Of a DNA stretch of 64,000 nucleotides, positions 46,831-57,408 are shown piece after piece. The number at the start of each line of letters is the position of its first letter. The first letter of the stretch is position 1. Origin of the DNA: Ignavibacteriota bacterium (GTDB lineage Bacteria; Bacteroidota; Ignavibacteria; Palsa-1295); assembly GCA_963787835.1 (NCBI GenBank), contig CAWBEI010000002.1, positions 1,248,001 through 1,312,000 on the forward strand, in the 5' to 3' direction. Both the position numbers and the translations under genes were made by a program. Under the pieces are notes generated by a model that worked only from the letters and a program-made list of their open reading frames with translations, was not told where the DNA came from and did not search any database.

Positions 46831-48246
46831 TTATTCCTTCACAAATTTCGCGCGCGAATACCCATCACTTATGAAATAGACGCCGGATGGGAGCGAGGAA
46901 ACATCCAGCGAGTTGCCGGTTTGTCTAATCGCATAACTTCGGCCAAGAGGGTCGAGAACGGAGATCACTCCGCCTGACGATTCGAAGTTGAGAATGCTCG
47001 ATGCCGGATTGGGATAAATAGTGGCTTGATGCAGAGTTGGTTCACTTTTCGAAACTGAAGATTGAGGAGCAAATGTTAGTCGCGCCAGATACGCGGGGTA
47101 GTCATTCCCTTCAAGACTGGATGTGCTAAATGCGCCAATTATCGAGCCATTTTGAGTCTCAGCGGCACCCCAAAAAAAGAGTGCGCCTTCAACAGTCCTA
47201 TTGATTTGAATGGAATCCGTTTGCCGGACCCACGTCGCACCCAGATCGGTACTCAGTCGTACTAAACCAGTATTAGTACCAAATCCGACATCATCGACAT
47301 TAGCAACGTTAAGGGCAATAATGGAATCTCCGAATAGACGATACATGGAGCCAAAAGCAGTTATGGCCCCAGTATCAATAATAATATTCCAACTTTGGCC
47401 TCCATCATAGGTTCGAAGTAAAATCGATCTAGAATTGGAGTCTGACTTGGAAAAAAGGGAACCCGTGCGCCCTTGTAGGATCGTATCACCCTGCCCCCAA
47501 ACTGTACTTGTATAGTAGAACCAATAGCCCGCCAATCCATTAATTTTCCCCGAATCGGGAGTGTATTGTGGTAGGTAATTGGAATCGACGGTATTCCATC
47601 CGTCAAGCGTAGTGTATAATGAATTATACCCGAACACACGATATTTATCGTTACCATACGAATGGCATACCATTGAACCATATGAACCAGAGGGAACGAA
47701 AGGAACAGTATCCCATCCTGCTTCCGATTGTGTAAGAATGACGTCCGGATAAGCGCCGACAATAATTCCTTCAATCAGGCTATGACAGTCGATATCGATA
47801 AGATCGGAAGTTGTTGGGCAAGGCATTTTTTGCCATGTACTACCACCATCGAACGTCCGGAGAATGAGGCCGCTATCGCCCACAGCGAATGCAACAAGTG
47901 AATCAACCTGATCGACTTTATTAATCCGGAAAACACTGAGACTTGAAAAATTATATGACTCCAGATTATCAGGCGGTACCTGCTCTTTCCAAGTAAGACC
48001 AGCGTCATCAGTTCTCCAAAAGACACTTCTATGCGCGGGCAAAGACGGAAGCCATTCCTCCGCTAATACTGTGCAGGTGTTCCCATAACAGGAAATTTGT
48101 GAACTCACCGAGGTATCGAAATCAGTAACGTTTGCAAGAATTTGAGCGTACGTTGAAATAGCAAAACAGGAGTTTAGTACGGCAATTACAAGGAATTGCC
48201 GTACTAAACGAAATGAGGACGCCTGATGTATTAAAAGAGACCGCAT
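46831..48246 (-). CDS. T9SS-secreted Asp-box beta-propeller protein, array copy 5
   Basis: Signal peptide; TFDGG.TW boxes; IYPNPA...DPLGR...LPSGVYF...AKFVKE C-terminal domain. Confidence 0.85.
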   Translation of the reverse strand: MRSLLIHQASSFRLVRQFLVIAVLNSCFAISTYAQILANVTDFDTSVSSQISCYGNTCTVLAEEWLPSLPAHRSVFWRTDDAGLTWKEQVPPDNLESYNFSSLSVFRINKVDQVDSLVAFAVGDSGLILRTFDGGSTWQKMPCPTTSDLIDIDCHSLIEGIIVGAYPDVILTQSEAGWDTVPFVPSGSYGSMVCHSYGNDKYRVFGYNSLYTTLDGWNTVDSNYLPQYTPDSGKINGLAGYWFYYTSTVWGQGDTILQGRTGSLFSKSDSNSRSILLRTYDGGQSWNIIIDTGAITAFGSMYRLFGDSIIALNVANVDDVGFGTNTGLVRLSTDLGATWVRQTDSIQINRTVEGALFFWGAAETQNGSIIGAFSTSSLEGNDYPAYLARLTFAPQSSVSKSEPTLHQATIYPNPASSILNFESSGGVISVLDPLGRSYAIRQTGNSLDVSSLPSGVYFISDGYSRAKFVKE

Positions 48247-48268
48247 GGATCTAAATTATAACAAGCGC

Positions 48269-48293
48269 GTAGGTCGAGCGTCCTCGCTCGACA
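48269..48293. repeat. Single GTAG REP
   Basis: GTAGGTCGAGCGTCCTCGCTCGACA. Confidence 0.6.
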
Positions 48294-48392
48294 TGGCAGT
48301 CCCCCTTGCCACACCAAATGGCATTTGGGGATACAAGTGTCGGTCGGTCCGGGTTGAACGTAGATCATAATAGTTCTCAAATTAGCACGCCG

Positions 48393-49754
48393 CTATTCCT
48401 TCACAAATTTCGCCCGCGAATGCCCGTCGCTCACAAAATATACGCCGGACGGAAGCGAGGAAACATCCAGCGAGTTGCCGGTTTGTCTAATCGCATAACT
48501 TCGGCCAAGAGGGTCGAGAACGGAAATATTTCCTTCACTCGATGTAATTTGAATTTTGCCAGTTGCTGGATTGGGGAAAATGTTAAAAACCGGCTGTGAT
48601 GAAACCGCAGGTGCAACACTTGATGGAACCGGCTCCAAATAGGCGAGAAGGTTGGATCCATCGTAGTTGCTATCCGTTTCAATATTGGCAATAACGCGAC
48701 CTGAATCGGTTACCGCTATAGTTTGAATCCAATAATAGGGAGCGCCGTTATCAACGGGTACCGAATATACCTGCCATGTAGCGCCCTGATCCGTGCTCAT
48801 CACAATCCGTTCGGAAGAATCTTCGCCAGCAATAACAATCGTTCGTTTATTTATAGGAGTTATGGTAGTAGGCTCTAACGCAACAGTATCGTGAAGCGGG
48901 TATTGCCAACTCTGTCCCAAATTGGGAGAGATAGCGATAGAAAGATAATAATGTGACGTGCTGGAATCGAATCGTTCACTAAGCACCGCCAACGAATCGT
49001 TCTCGCCGAATGTCAGGAACTGAGGGTTTACGACGGAACTTTGAATAGAGTCGGTAATTACAATAAAAGACGTATCTGACGTTCTCCAATCGTCGTAAGT
49101 GGTTAAAATCTTGTTTGGCGATACAAAAACACGAAACATGCCGCTTCCATAGGAGCGAAAGGAAGAGCCGTGACCTGTAATTTCTTTGTCCCAATGTTTC
49201 CCTGAGTCTAAGGTTGAATAATATAAACCATTATCTGCATTCACCATTCCCTCGGCTGCGTCTGAAAAGTCAACATAGTAATACCCGCCGTTGAAGAGAG
49301 TATCCTTCCCAACTACATTAGTCTGGATATTGTTTGTATCGATCTGAAAGGTTTTCCACCCGTCAAACGTTTGGATAGTGGCGCCCACGCGTGCATCGAC
49401 GGCAATTGCATCAAGGGAATCAAGCTGTTGAATGTTATCGAAATAATAATCAGTGCCCCCTCCGGGATGATGAATTGCTTGTGGAATGGGACCCGCAGAG
49501 TTCCACGTCAGTCCACCGTCCGTACTGTGAATGATAAAATTGGAATCTGGCATTTGATGTGATTCCCCAGGTGAACCCCACACTACCCCAACCGCCGAAC
49601 AGCTCTCACCAGAACACGAAATACTTATGAAGCCATAATAGAATGTGTCGATACGGTCTGGGTGTATGACGTGCCACCGGTATTGCCCATTAGCTCTTGA
49701 AACGAATGCAATGCACGAGAACAGAGCGATTAGGACGATTATTGATTTTTTCAT
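48393..49754 (-). CDS. T9SS-secreted Asp-box beta-propeller protein, array copy 4
   Basis: Same architecture; STDGGLTW box and AKFVKE terminus. Confidence 0.85.
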   Translation of the reverse strand: MKKSIIVLIALFSCIAFVSRANGQYRWHVIHPDRIDTFYYGFISISCSGESCSAVGVVWGSPGESHQMPDSNFIIHSTDGGLTWNSAGPIPQAIHHPGGGTDYYFDNIQQLDSLDAIAVDARVGATIQTFDGWKTFQIDTNNIQTNVVGKDTLFNGGYYYVDFSDAAEGMVNADNGLYYSTLDSGKHWDKEITGHGSSFRSYGSGMFRVFVSPNKILTTYDDWRTSDTSFIVITDSIQSSVVNPQFLTFGENDSLAVLSERFDSSTSHYYLSIAISPNLGQSWQYPLHDTVALEPTTITPINKRTIVIAGEDSSERIVMSTDQGATWQVYSVPVDNGAPYYWIQTIAVTDSGRVIANIETDSNYDGSNLLAYLEPVPSSVAPAVSSQPVFNIFPNPATGKIQITSSEGNISVLDPLGRSYAIRQTGNSLDVSSLPSGVYFVSDGHSRAKFVKE

Positions 49755-49758
49755 GATT

Positions 49759-51111
49759 TTATTCCTTCACAAATTTCGCCCGATTTTGCCCATCGCTCAC
49801 AAAATATACGCCGGATGGAAGCGAGGAAATATCCAGCGTATTACCGGTTTGCTTTACTTCATAATTGCGCCCGAGGGGATCGAGAATGGTAATTTCTAAC
49901 CCGAAATTACCGACATTCAGAATGTTTGTGCAGGGGTCGGGGTAAACGGAGAATGAATCGTTCGACGGAAATTGGGCACGAACAATGGATGGATCAGGCT
50001 CCAGATATGCCAGATATGAGGAACCTAAAAAGCCACTATCGTCGGAAATTCCCGCAAGAACCCGACCGGAACCTGTTACAGTAAATGGAGTGATGCTGTA
50101 ATAAGGAACCCCATTACTGAGTGGCACTGTATCGCATTCCCAATGCAGACCGCCATCGAAACTCTGGACGATCCGGCCAACGGAATCGTTACCGGCCATG
50201 ACCATGTGATGCCAGTCTAACGATCCTTGAAGAGGACTAACAGCGAAGTAGATGCCATTATTTTTCGGAACTGGCAATTCGCTCCAATGTGCGCCGAAAT
50301 CGGTGGAAAACGCCATTGCCACGGAAGCGTGGTAATCGGTGCTGTCCTTCCATCGCCATCCTTCAATGGCAAGTGTATCTCCAGAGCCAAAGAACATTGT
50401 GACGGGATGAAAGCTTGTATCCGAGAGCGGTCCATCCGATGCCATTAGGGTGGTGTCCCAAGTGCTCCAATTATCCTGTGTAGTAAAAATCTGACCAGGG
50501 GCGTTAAACACACGGAACATGCCACCGCCATAGGAATGACATGCGTCCCCGTTATCGAATACTTCCTGTTGCCAGTGGTTTCCAGAATCAACGGTGGACC
50601 AGTAAAAACCAAATGGCGCCTCCAGCATGCCTTCGGCAGCATCAGCAAAATGGACACTGTATACGTCATTCACAGCACTGGTGCTATCGACATGCCACGT
50701 TTTCCAGCCATCGTGAGTTGTAAGAATCTCATTAGATTCATCATCGATGATGACCACGTTCAAGGAATCAATTTGCTGCGAGATACCATAATGGACGCCG
50801 TTCCTGCCTTTCCCACTTGAAGTGTACTTCCATCGAGGGATTCCTGCAGCGACCACAGACCATGATAAGCCTCCATCATGGCTCGAAAGAATAACACTCG
50901 AATCGCCCAGCAAAAGCTTTTGATCACCTAATGAGGCATAGATAACTTCTGTCGCAACGCAATTATCGCCATTGCAGGAAATGGATGAAGGGCCCTGATA
51001 GAACGTCGAGTCGGTCCTATCAGGAAGAATAATATGCCAGTGGTATTGCGCATGCAATTCTGGCGAAATCGTCAGAATTGCGAGGATCGCAAGAAATAAA
51101 GTGTGTTTCAT
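49759..51111 (-). CDS. T9SS-secreted Asp-box beta-propeller protein, array copy 3
   Basis: Same architecture. Confidence 0.85.
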   Translation of the reverse strand: MKHTLFLAILAILTISPELHAQYHWHIILPDRTDSTFYQGPSSISCNGDNCVATEVIYASLGDQKLLLGDSSVILSSHDGGLSWSVVAAGIPRWKYTSSGKGRNGVHYGISQQIDSLNVVIIDDESNEILTTHDGWKTWHVDSTSAVNDVYSVHFADAAEGMLEAPFGFYWSTVDSGNHWQQEVFDNGDACHSYGGGMFRVFNAPGQIFTTQDNWSTWDTTLMASDGPLSDTSFHPVTMFFGSGDTLAIEGWRWKDSTDYHASVAMAFSTDFGAHWSELPVPKNNGIYFAVSPLQGSLDWHHMVMAGNDSVGRIVQSFDGGLHWECDTVPLSNGVPYYSITPFTVTGSGRVLAGISDDSGFLGSSYLAYLEPDPSIVRAQFPSNDSFSVYPDPCTNILNVGNFGLEITILDPLGRNYEVKQTGNTLDISSLPSGVYFVSDGQNRAKFVKE

Positions 51112-51116
51112 TTCAT

Positions 51117-52460
51117 CTATTCCTTCACAAATTTCGCCCGTGAATGCCCATCGCTTACGAAATACACGCCGGATGGTAATGAGGAAATATCCAGGGTGTT
51201 ACCGGTTTGTTTTACTTCAAAGGTGCGGCCAAGCGGATCGGTAATTGTAATAGTCCCACCGGCATTCTCGACATTCAGGATGCTTGCGGCAGGATTGGGA
51301 TAAAGGAAGGCTTGTTGCGCCGATGAGGTCAATGGCTTTACCGAAGAAAAAAGAGGTTCTGATTTTGCAATGAATTGATCCCCCATAGGAGACCCCGTCA
51401 AAGCGTCAGAACGTGAGAAGACTCCGATCATCGACCCATCGGATAAAAACGTCAATCCGATTATAATAGCCGGAGCACCGAGTGTTGTATCAAATTCCAG
51501 CGTATCGATTTGCCAGGTCGAACCTAAATCGGTGCTCAAAGCAAAAAACCCCGGCCACCAATTTCCAAGGGAGTGCTGGAGGGCAATAACAGTATTGCTA
51601 TTGACGGGAGACTGGATGAGCTGTGTAAACGTATCTTCAGTAAATGCCCAATGATTTCCTCCGTCGAACGAACGAACGCAAGCGGATGTATCGTGAAAAG
51701 TCTTCCCGAGTTTACCCATAGAAAGGAGTAGTGTATCTCCGTTTCCTATTGAAGCATTTGAATAGGAATGAGCCAACGGACTAGGACCGTGCCAGCCGAA
51801 AGGATAAAAAGAAGAATCAACCGTTTGCCAATCGTCGGAAGTAGTGTAGATACCACTTGCACTTTCAAAAACTCTGAATATTCCATCGCCATAGGAATGA
51901 CAGGAGATCGGGAAATCATTGACCGAATCCGGTACAAATGGAACGACCCGCCACCCACGCTCATCCGTAAGCACGAGAATAACGGAAGGATCTATCCCGA
52001 TAATAATCCCCTGATCCAGCGAAGAGCAATGGACGCCGATAAAATTCGATTGTACAATGGGATTCATTCTTGACCATGTGTTCCCAGCGTCATACGTCAT
52101 AACTATTCCACTATCGCCAACGGCAATTGCGACGAGGGAATCGATGAGATCGACAGAGTTAAGCGGGAAAGAAACCGAGGAACTATTACTTGGCTGCAAA
52201 CCAGGGTCCTGCATGCGCCAGGTATGGCCGCCGTCATCCGATCTCCAAAAGACGGAGCGAGTCTCGTAATCCGTGAGAGATATGCGAGTCTCTTGCTGAG
52301 CGATGTACAGATAAGTGTTTCCAAACACGGACATGGATGCGTAAGGAAAATAACCTATGGAATCCGGTTTAACCACGTTCCACCGCACTTGCGCGTGCAA
52401 GCCAGGAACGAATGCGACGATGGAGAACAGGATGATAAGAACAAGTTTTGATCTGTGCAT
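51117..52460 (-). CDS. T9SS-secreted Asp-box beta-propeller protein, array copy 2
   Basis: Same architecture. Confidence 0.85.
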   Translation of the reverse strand: MHRSKLVLIILFSIVAFVPGLHAQVRWNVVKPDSIGYFPYASMSVFGNTYLYIAQQETRISLTDYETRSVFWRSDDGGHTWRMQDPGLQPSNSSSVSFPLNSVDLIDSLVAIAVGDSGIVMTYDAGNTWSRMNPIVQSNFIGVHCSSLDQGIIIGIDPSVILVLTDERGWRVVPFVPDSVNDFPISCHSYGDGIFRVFESASGIYTTSDDWQTVDSSFYPFGWHGPSPLAHSYSNASIGNGDTLLLSMGKLGKTFHDTSACVRSFDGGNHWAFTEDTFTQLIQSPVNSNTVIALQHSLGNWWPGFFALSTDLGSTWQIDTLEFDTTLGAPAIIIGLTFLSDGSMIGVFSRSDALTGSPMGDQFIAKSEPLFSSVKPLTSSAQQAFLYPNPAASILNVENAGGTITITDPLGRTFEVKQTGNTLDISSLPSGVYFVSDGHSRAKFVKE

Positions 52461-52465
52461 AAAGT

Positions 52466-53788
52466 TTATTCCTTCACAAATTTCGCCCGTGAATGCCCAT
52501 CGCTTATGAAATACACACCGGAGGGTAGTGCGGAGACATCGAGCGTGTTGCCAGTTCGCTTTGCTTCGTAAGTTCGGCCAAGGGGATCGAGAATAGCAAC
52601 AAGGCTTTCGGAGTTTGCGACCGTAATAGTGCCACTGGCTGGGTTTGGATAGACGGCCAGATTGGACTGCATCGTCTTGGGTTCCTCGACACTGGAAGAT
52701 GAGGGTTCTAAATAGGCCAGCACATCACCATTACTGCTGTCAAGTATGATTGATGCAATAACACGCCCGGATCCAGTTATGGCAACAGAATTTATCTCGT
52801 TATACGGCATTCCATTGTCGAGCGGCACCGTCTCAAGTTTCCAAGTCGCTCCGTGGTCGGTGGTGATGATGATCTGACCAAGCGGATCGATGCCAGCAAT
52901 AACAATGATTTGCTGGTCAATTGGCGTTACGAATTGAGGATTCATTGCTACCGTCGTTGGCAAAGGCAATACTGACCATTGCTTGCCTAAGTCCGATGAG
53001 GAAGCCAGCATCACGGAATAACGCGTGGCAATGCCACCGGTCTTATACAGGGCAAGGACCGCTAAAGAGTCATTACCGCCAAAAACTAACATTTGCGGGA
53101 TGACTTGTGGGTTCAGGAGTGAATCGCTCAATGTAAAAGTAGCAGTATCGTTCGTACTCCAATTATTGTGCGTGGTGTAGATATACTCTGGAGGGTGGAA
53201 AACACGAAACATCCCCATGCCATACGAATGATAGGCTGCAGGGCCTTGAAAGGTAACAGGAGTCCAGTGATTTCCGGTATCGATCGTTGAAAGGTAACTA
53301 AAGCCTTCATTTATCATCCCCTCAGCTACATTAGCAAACTTGATTCCATAAAAAGAAGGGTAGTTATTAAAACTGGAATCAATCCTGATTGTTTTCCAGC
53401 CGTCGAATGTGCGAACGATCACTCCAGCTTCTTCATCAACCGCAATGGCATCAAGGGAATCTATCTGTTGCACGCTGGAGTATAGAAGTCTAGTCCTTCC
53501 AGTAGAGTCGTACTTCCATTGTGGTACAGAATCCCCCGCGGCCCAGGTAAGTCCTCCATCCGTGCTGTGAATGATGACATTAGAATCCACATCGTAAATG
53601 GTGTAACTGGCGCTATAATAAATCGAACAAGTATCCACTATTATGGCAGTGCAATTATCTCCAGAACACGAGATGCTCGTGACACCGGGATAATGCTGCA
53701 CAATATGCCACCGGTATTGAGCCTCAGCACCAGAGGCGAACGCAAGGCAGATGGCGAGCACGAGCAGGGATAATCTAATTTTCAGCAT
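52466..53788 (-). CDS. T9SS-secreted Asp-box beta-propeller protein, array copy 1
   Basis: ATG 53788 gives signal peptide MLKIRLSLLVLAICLAFASGAEA-Q; same C-terminal domain. Confidence 0.85.
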   Translation of the reverse strand: MLKIRLSLLVLAICLAFASGAEAQYRWHIVQHYPGVTSISCSGDNCTAIIVDTCSIYYSASYTIYDVDSNVIIHSTDGGLTWAAGDSVPQWKYDSTGRTRLLYSSVQQIDSLDAIAVDEEAGVIVRTFDGWKTIRIDSSFNNYPSFYGIKFANVAEGMINEGFSYLSTIDTGNHWTPVTFQGPAAYHSYGMGMFRVFHPPEYIYTTHNNWSTNDTATFTLSDSLLNPQVIPQMLVFGGNDSLAVLALYKTGGIATRYSVMLASSSDLGKQWSVLPLPTTVAMNPQFVTPIDQQIIVIAGIDPLGQIIITTDHGATWKLETVPLDNGMPYNEINSVAITGSGRVIASIILDSSNGDVLAYLEPSSSSVEEPKTMQSNLAVYPNPASGTITVANSESLVAILDPLGRTYEAKRTGNTLDVSALPSGVYFISDGHSRAKFVKE

Positions 53789-53944
53789 AGCGTTGCAGGA
53801 TATGTTGTAACGAAGACAGGGGATTACTAAGCAGAACACCCCCCCCATAGTTTAAAACGCACGGGGTCGCTCGGGTTACAAAAAAATCTTTGGCAAAATA
53901 CGTGTCGAAGAGACAACCGTCAACCTATTTCGGAAATGACAACC

Positions 53945-55427
53945 CTATTCCTCGATCCCTGCCAGCTTTTTCAGTTTATGGATCTCCTGCGGGGTAAGTG
54001 GGCGGGATTCGCCGCGCGACATGCCGCGGTGAGTGAGTCCTGCAAAGGTGACGCGGTCGAGCTTCTCAACATCGTATCCTAAGGTTTCAAAGATACGGCG
54101 CACTTCGCGGTTCTTTCCTTCCTTAATTTTCAACTCAATCTCCATGGGCGTTTCCATAATGGAAAGTTCCGCCGGGCCGGTCACATCGCCTTCGCCAATA
54201 TCAATTCCACCGGCCGCGATCTTCTTTGCGTCGTTGATCTCTAATTTTTTATCCAGCGTAACATGATATTCGCGCTCGATCTCGAAACTTGGGTGTGTGA
54301 GCCGGTTCGTTAGCTCGCCATCGTTCGTCAGTAAAAGCACGCCGGTAGTGTTGCGGTCCAGCCTGCCGACGGGATACACGCGCTCCTGCGTGTTTACATA
54401 GTCGAGCACGGTTGTGCGATCTTTTTCATCGCTCGTAGTGGTGATCGTATCCTTCGGCTTGTTCAGCAAAAGATAAAGATACCGAGGCCGCAGCGAAATA
54501 GTCTCGCCATTCACGGTCACATGATCTTCATACGCCTTCACTTGCACGCCCAGTTCAGTAACGACTTTCCCGTTAATCGTTACCAAACCTTTGGTGATAA
54601 GCTTCATCCGCTTTACGTCGGGAAGTAATTCCTGCATTCGATATAAATTTATTGAGCCGCACAGTTCCCGTCTCACCGAGATTACTTGGCACACCCGGCG
54701 GAGCTTTTTCCGGTGTTTTCCTGACGCGCTTTAATGCAAGCGGCGCTGGAGTTAAGCTTGGTACTGTTATTACTTTCGGCTCTTTTCCACGAATGGTAAG
54801 CGAAGTTGGTCGCGGCGATGCAGGCCTCAGTGAAGCAGGCCTGGGTGATGCAAACCGTGGCGGAAAAACTTTTTTGCCACGCGGAGCGCCAGAGGAAGGA
54901 CCGTCTAATCTCTTTCGCGGTGGGCCGCTTCGTGAACCATCTCGTGGGGTAAAAGGCCGGGAACCGGTTCGTGGCGTGAAACTTCGTTCTCCGGTTCGTG
55001 GCGTAAGGCTTCTCGCGCCTGTTCGCGGTGCGGCGATTCGGGTTCCTGTTCTTGGTGTCAGGCTTCGTGCGCCTGTTCTTGGTGTTAGGCTTCTTGTGCC
55101 ACTTCTGGGCCCGGTGTTTCGAGAAGGTGTTCGTGGAGTTACCGGCCGCGGTCCCTTGCTAAATCCTTCTCGAGGCTTTGCACTGCGTGGGCGTGATGGT
55201 GAAGATGCACGGGGGCCGTCGCTTCCCGCCGGACGGTCTGTTCTCTTCACCAATTTCGATAGTGAAGAGGATGCCGGTTTTGCACTGTGAACTCGTGGTC
55301 TGTCACCCATCGGTTTTGCTTTGAGGGCAGGTCGGCGGCCTGCCGCAGATGTGGATACCGTGCGTCTCGCCGGACGTGCAGGCGGCTTACCGGTCGATCG
55401 TTTTATTGGACGGCGTGGTGGAGGCAT
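53945..55427 (-). pseudogene. rluB: 23S rRNA pseudouridine synthase (RluB-like) interrupted by a 1-nt frameshift near 54602 (real lesion or sequence error)
   Basis: S4 motif RLNKFISNAGITSRRKADE is in one frame and LITKGLVTING...VGRLD...EGKNREVRR in the next; scpA-scpB-rluB context. Confidence 0.8.
54930..55140 (-). repeat. 27-bp degenerate coding tandem repeat (TPRTGxRSL) in the RluB N-terminal extension
   Basis: About seven 9-aa units visible in the translation. Confidence 0.75.
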
Positions 55428-55443
55428 ACTTGTAGTTGGTGGT

Positions 55444-56400
55444 TTATTCTGATCCCACGCCGCTTTCGGCGGATGTATCATCTTCGATGGACGAAGTGTT
55501 TTCCATCATCGCGATCTCGGCAAGATCTGACTCCTCAGAGAATTCGGTAAGTTCCCGAGCCGCGGCAATGGCTTCATCGACGGTCACATCGTTCTCAGAT
55601 TCTGAATATTCTGCATCGACAAATTCGGTGGCCGCTTCTTCCAGAGTGGTCGCGCGAACGGATTCTTCCTTCATCAATTCATCGATCTCGCGCGGACGTG
55701 GAAGATCCTGAATGCGCGGAAGCCCGAAATGACGAAGGAAATCGACGGTGGTTCCATAGAGTAATGGGCGTCCCACGGTTTCTGCGCGGCCTGTAATGGT
55801 AACGAGATTTTTTTCCAAAAGCGATTTCAGAACTTCATCGCAATTAACGCCGCGAATATTTTCGATGTCATTCTTGGTGATAGGCTGCTTGTAGGCAATA
55901 ATGGCAAGCGATTCCAGCGCCGCACCCGAAAGCCTTCTGCGCGATTTTTCTTTGAAGAGCCGCGCGACATATTCTCCAAATTCCGGCCTCGTTGAAAATT
56001 GATATCCTCCTGCGATCTCAATGAGACGGAACGCGCGTCCGCTTGCTTCATAGCTCGCATTCAGAAGCTCCACAGCATCGTGGATGAGCGGAAGCTCGAT
56101 AAGCTGGCGTTTCTTCCGTTTCTTTTCTGGAACAGGGGCAGGTTCAGCGAACGCTTCAGTTGGTGGTTCCGCAGGGCCAGCCGCGACATCCATTTCTGGA
56201 TTGAGCGCGAACGGAGTTTCCATCAAAGGAGATGTTTCATCCAAACCCAATTGATCTTCGACGACGGGTGCTGGCTTTTCCTCTGGGATAAATTCTTCGC
56301 CGAGCACGAGTGCGCGTAGTTCCTGCACGCTCAGTGGCTCATCACTCGCAAAGAGCAATGCTTCGATTATGGGTGCGAGCGATTCGGGAGTGTAGGTCAT
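55444..56400 (-). CDS. scpB: SMC-Scp complex subunit ScpB
   Basis: IEALLFAS, LESLAIIAYKQP, IRGVN and GRPLLYGTT motifs. Confidence 0.95.
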   Translation of the reverse strand: MTYTPESLAPIIEALLFASDEPLSVQELRALVLGEEFIPEEKPAPVVEDQLGLDETSPLMETPFALNPEMDVAAGPAEPPTEAFAEPAPVPEKKRKKRQLIELPLIHDAVELLNASYEASGRAFRLIEIAGGYQFSTRPEFGEYVARLFKEKSRRRLSGAALESLAIIAYKQPITKNDIENIRGVNCDEVLKSLLEKNLVTITGRAETVGRPLLYGTTVDFLRHFGLPRIQDLPRPREIDELMKEESVRATTLEEAATEFVDAEYSESENDVTVDEAIAAARELTEFSEESDLAEIAMMENTSSIEDDTSAESGVGSE

Positions 56401-56403
56401 CGG

Positions 56404-57279
56404 TTATGGCTGAAACAAAATTATATCATCGAATATCCCGTGCTGTCGCAGCGCGATCAGGCGATTGCGCACAAGATCGAGAATGGCAATGAACGTCACG
56501 GCGATGCGGAGCTTAAGACCGGGTGGGAAATCTTCAACGTCTCCATCTTCCAAAAATTCTGCGAAAATATCGGCAAAATTAACTTCACCGCGCATGGAAA
56601 CAGTCGTTAGCACCATCTCCGATTGCTCTTCGACCGATACTGGTATCAGATCGACATCATGCGTTCGCTTGATGCGCGGCGCCCGTTCTATCGCGCGGCG
56701 GAAGGCGTTCATCAGATGAAAGATGGTCACATTCTTCAGCAGATTCTCTTCTTCCTGTGGCGCTTCGGTACGCTCGTCGGAAGCGTAGTATTGCCGGAAA
56801 TAGACCTTTCGCTGCTCCTCGCTCATGGTGAGTAGTTCTTCAGCCATCTCCTTGAAACGGCGATATTCCAGCAGGCGTCTCACCAGGTCGGTGCGTGGGT
56901 CATCTTCTTCGACGCCATCAACGCGCTCCTCGCGGGGAAGCAGCATTTTCGCCTTGATCTGGCATAGCTCTGCCGCTACGACGATGAACTCCCCGGCAAT
57001 TTCGAGATCCAGTGCAGCCATAAGGCGCAGATATTCCAGGAATTCTCGCGTGATGCGGGTGATCGGGATATCGTAAATATCCAGCTCATCGCGTTTAATA
57101 AAGAACAGCAGCAGGTCGAGCGGCCCCTCGAACACGGATGAGCGATCATCCTTCGAGAGCCGAACTTTGTAGATAGGCTGCGCGGTCATGCTCGGCGGGG
57201 CCTGAGCATCGCGTTCAACGGTTTCGGTCAATGATTCGGAAAGCACCTCCATTGACACTCTAATCAATTCTGCGCCCAA
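56404..57279 (-). CDS. scpA: Segregation and condensation protein ScpA (start uncertain)
   Basis: FEGPLDLLL, IKAKMLLP and TFIAILDL motifs. Confidence 0.93.
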   Translation of the reverse strand: MGAELIRVSMEVLSESLTETVERDAQAPPSMTAQPIYKVRLSKDDRSSVFEGPLDLLLFFIKRDELDIYDIPITRITREFLEYLRLMAALDLEIAGEFIVVAAELCQIKAKMLLPREERVDGVEEDDPRTDLVRRLLEYRRFKEMAEELLTMSEEQRKVYFRQYYASDERTEAPQEEENLLKNVTIFHLMNAFRRAIERAPRIKRTHDVDLIPVSVEEQSEMVLTTVSMRGEVNFADIFAEFLEDGDVEDFPPGLKLRIAVTFIAILDLVRNRLIALRQHGIFDDIILFQP

Positions 57280-57408
57280 TTAGATTCGGCAAACCTCAAA
57301 TTTCTTTAATTTTTAAGGAAACGTGGTAGGTTTTTGGATGTTATTGCTTTGCTTATTCTTCTTGCTCGAACCGCCTCGCCATTTTCTCACAATAATCCTC
57401 TTACGCCC

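Noticed and set aside
18666-53788. Diversity-generating retroelement (Avd-like four-helix protein plus repeated 3' gene ends)
   Set aside because: No reverse transcriptase and no non-coding template repeat; the repeated 3' ends are conserved sorting domains rather than adenine-mutated variable regions.
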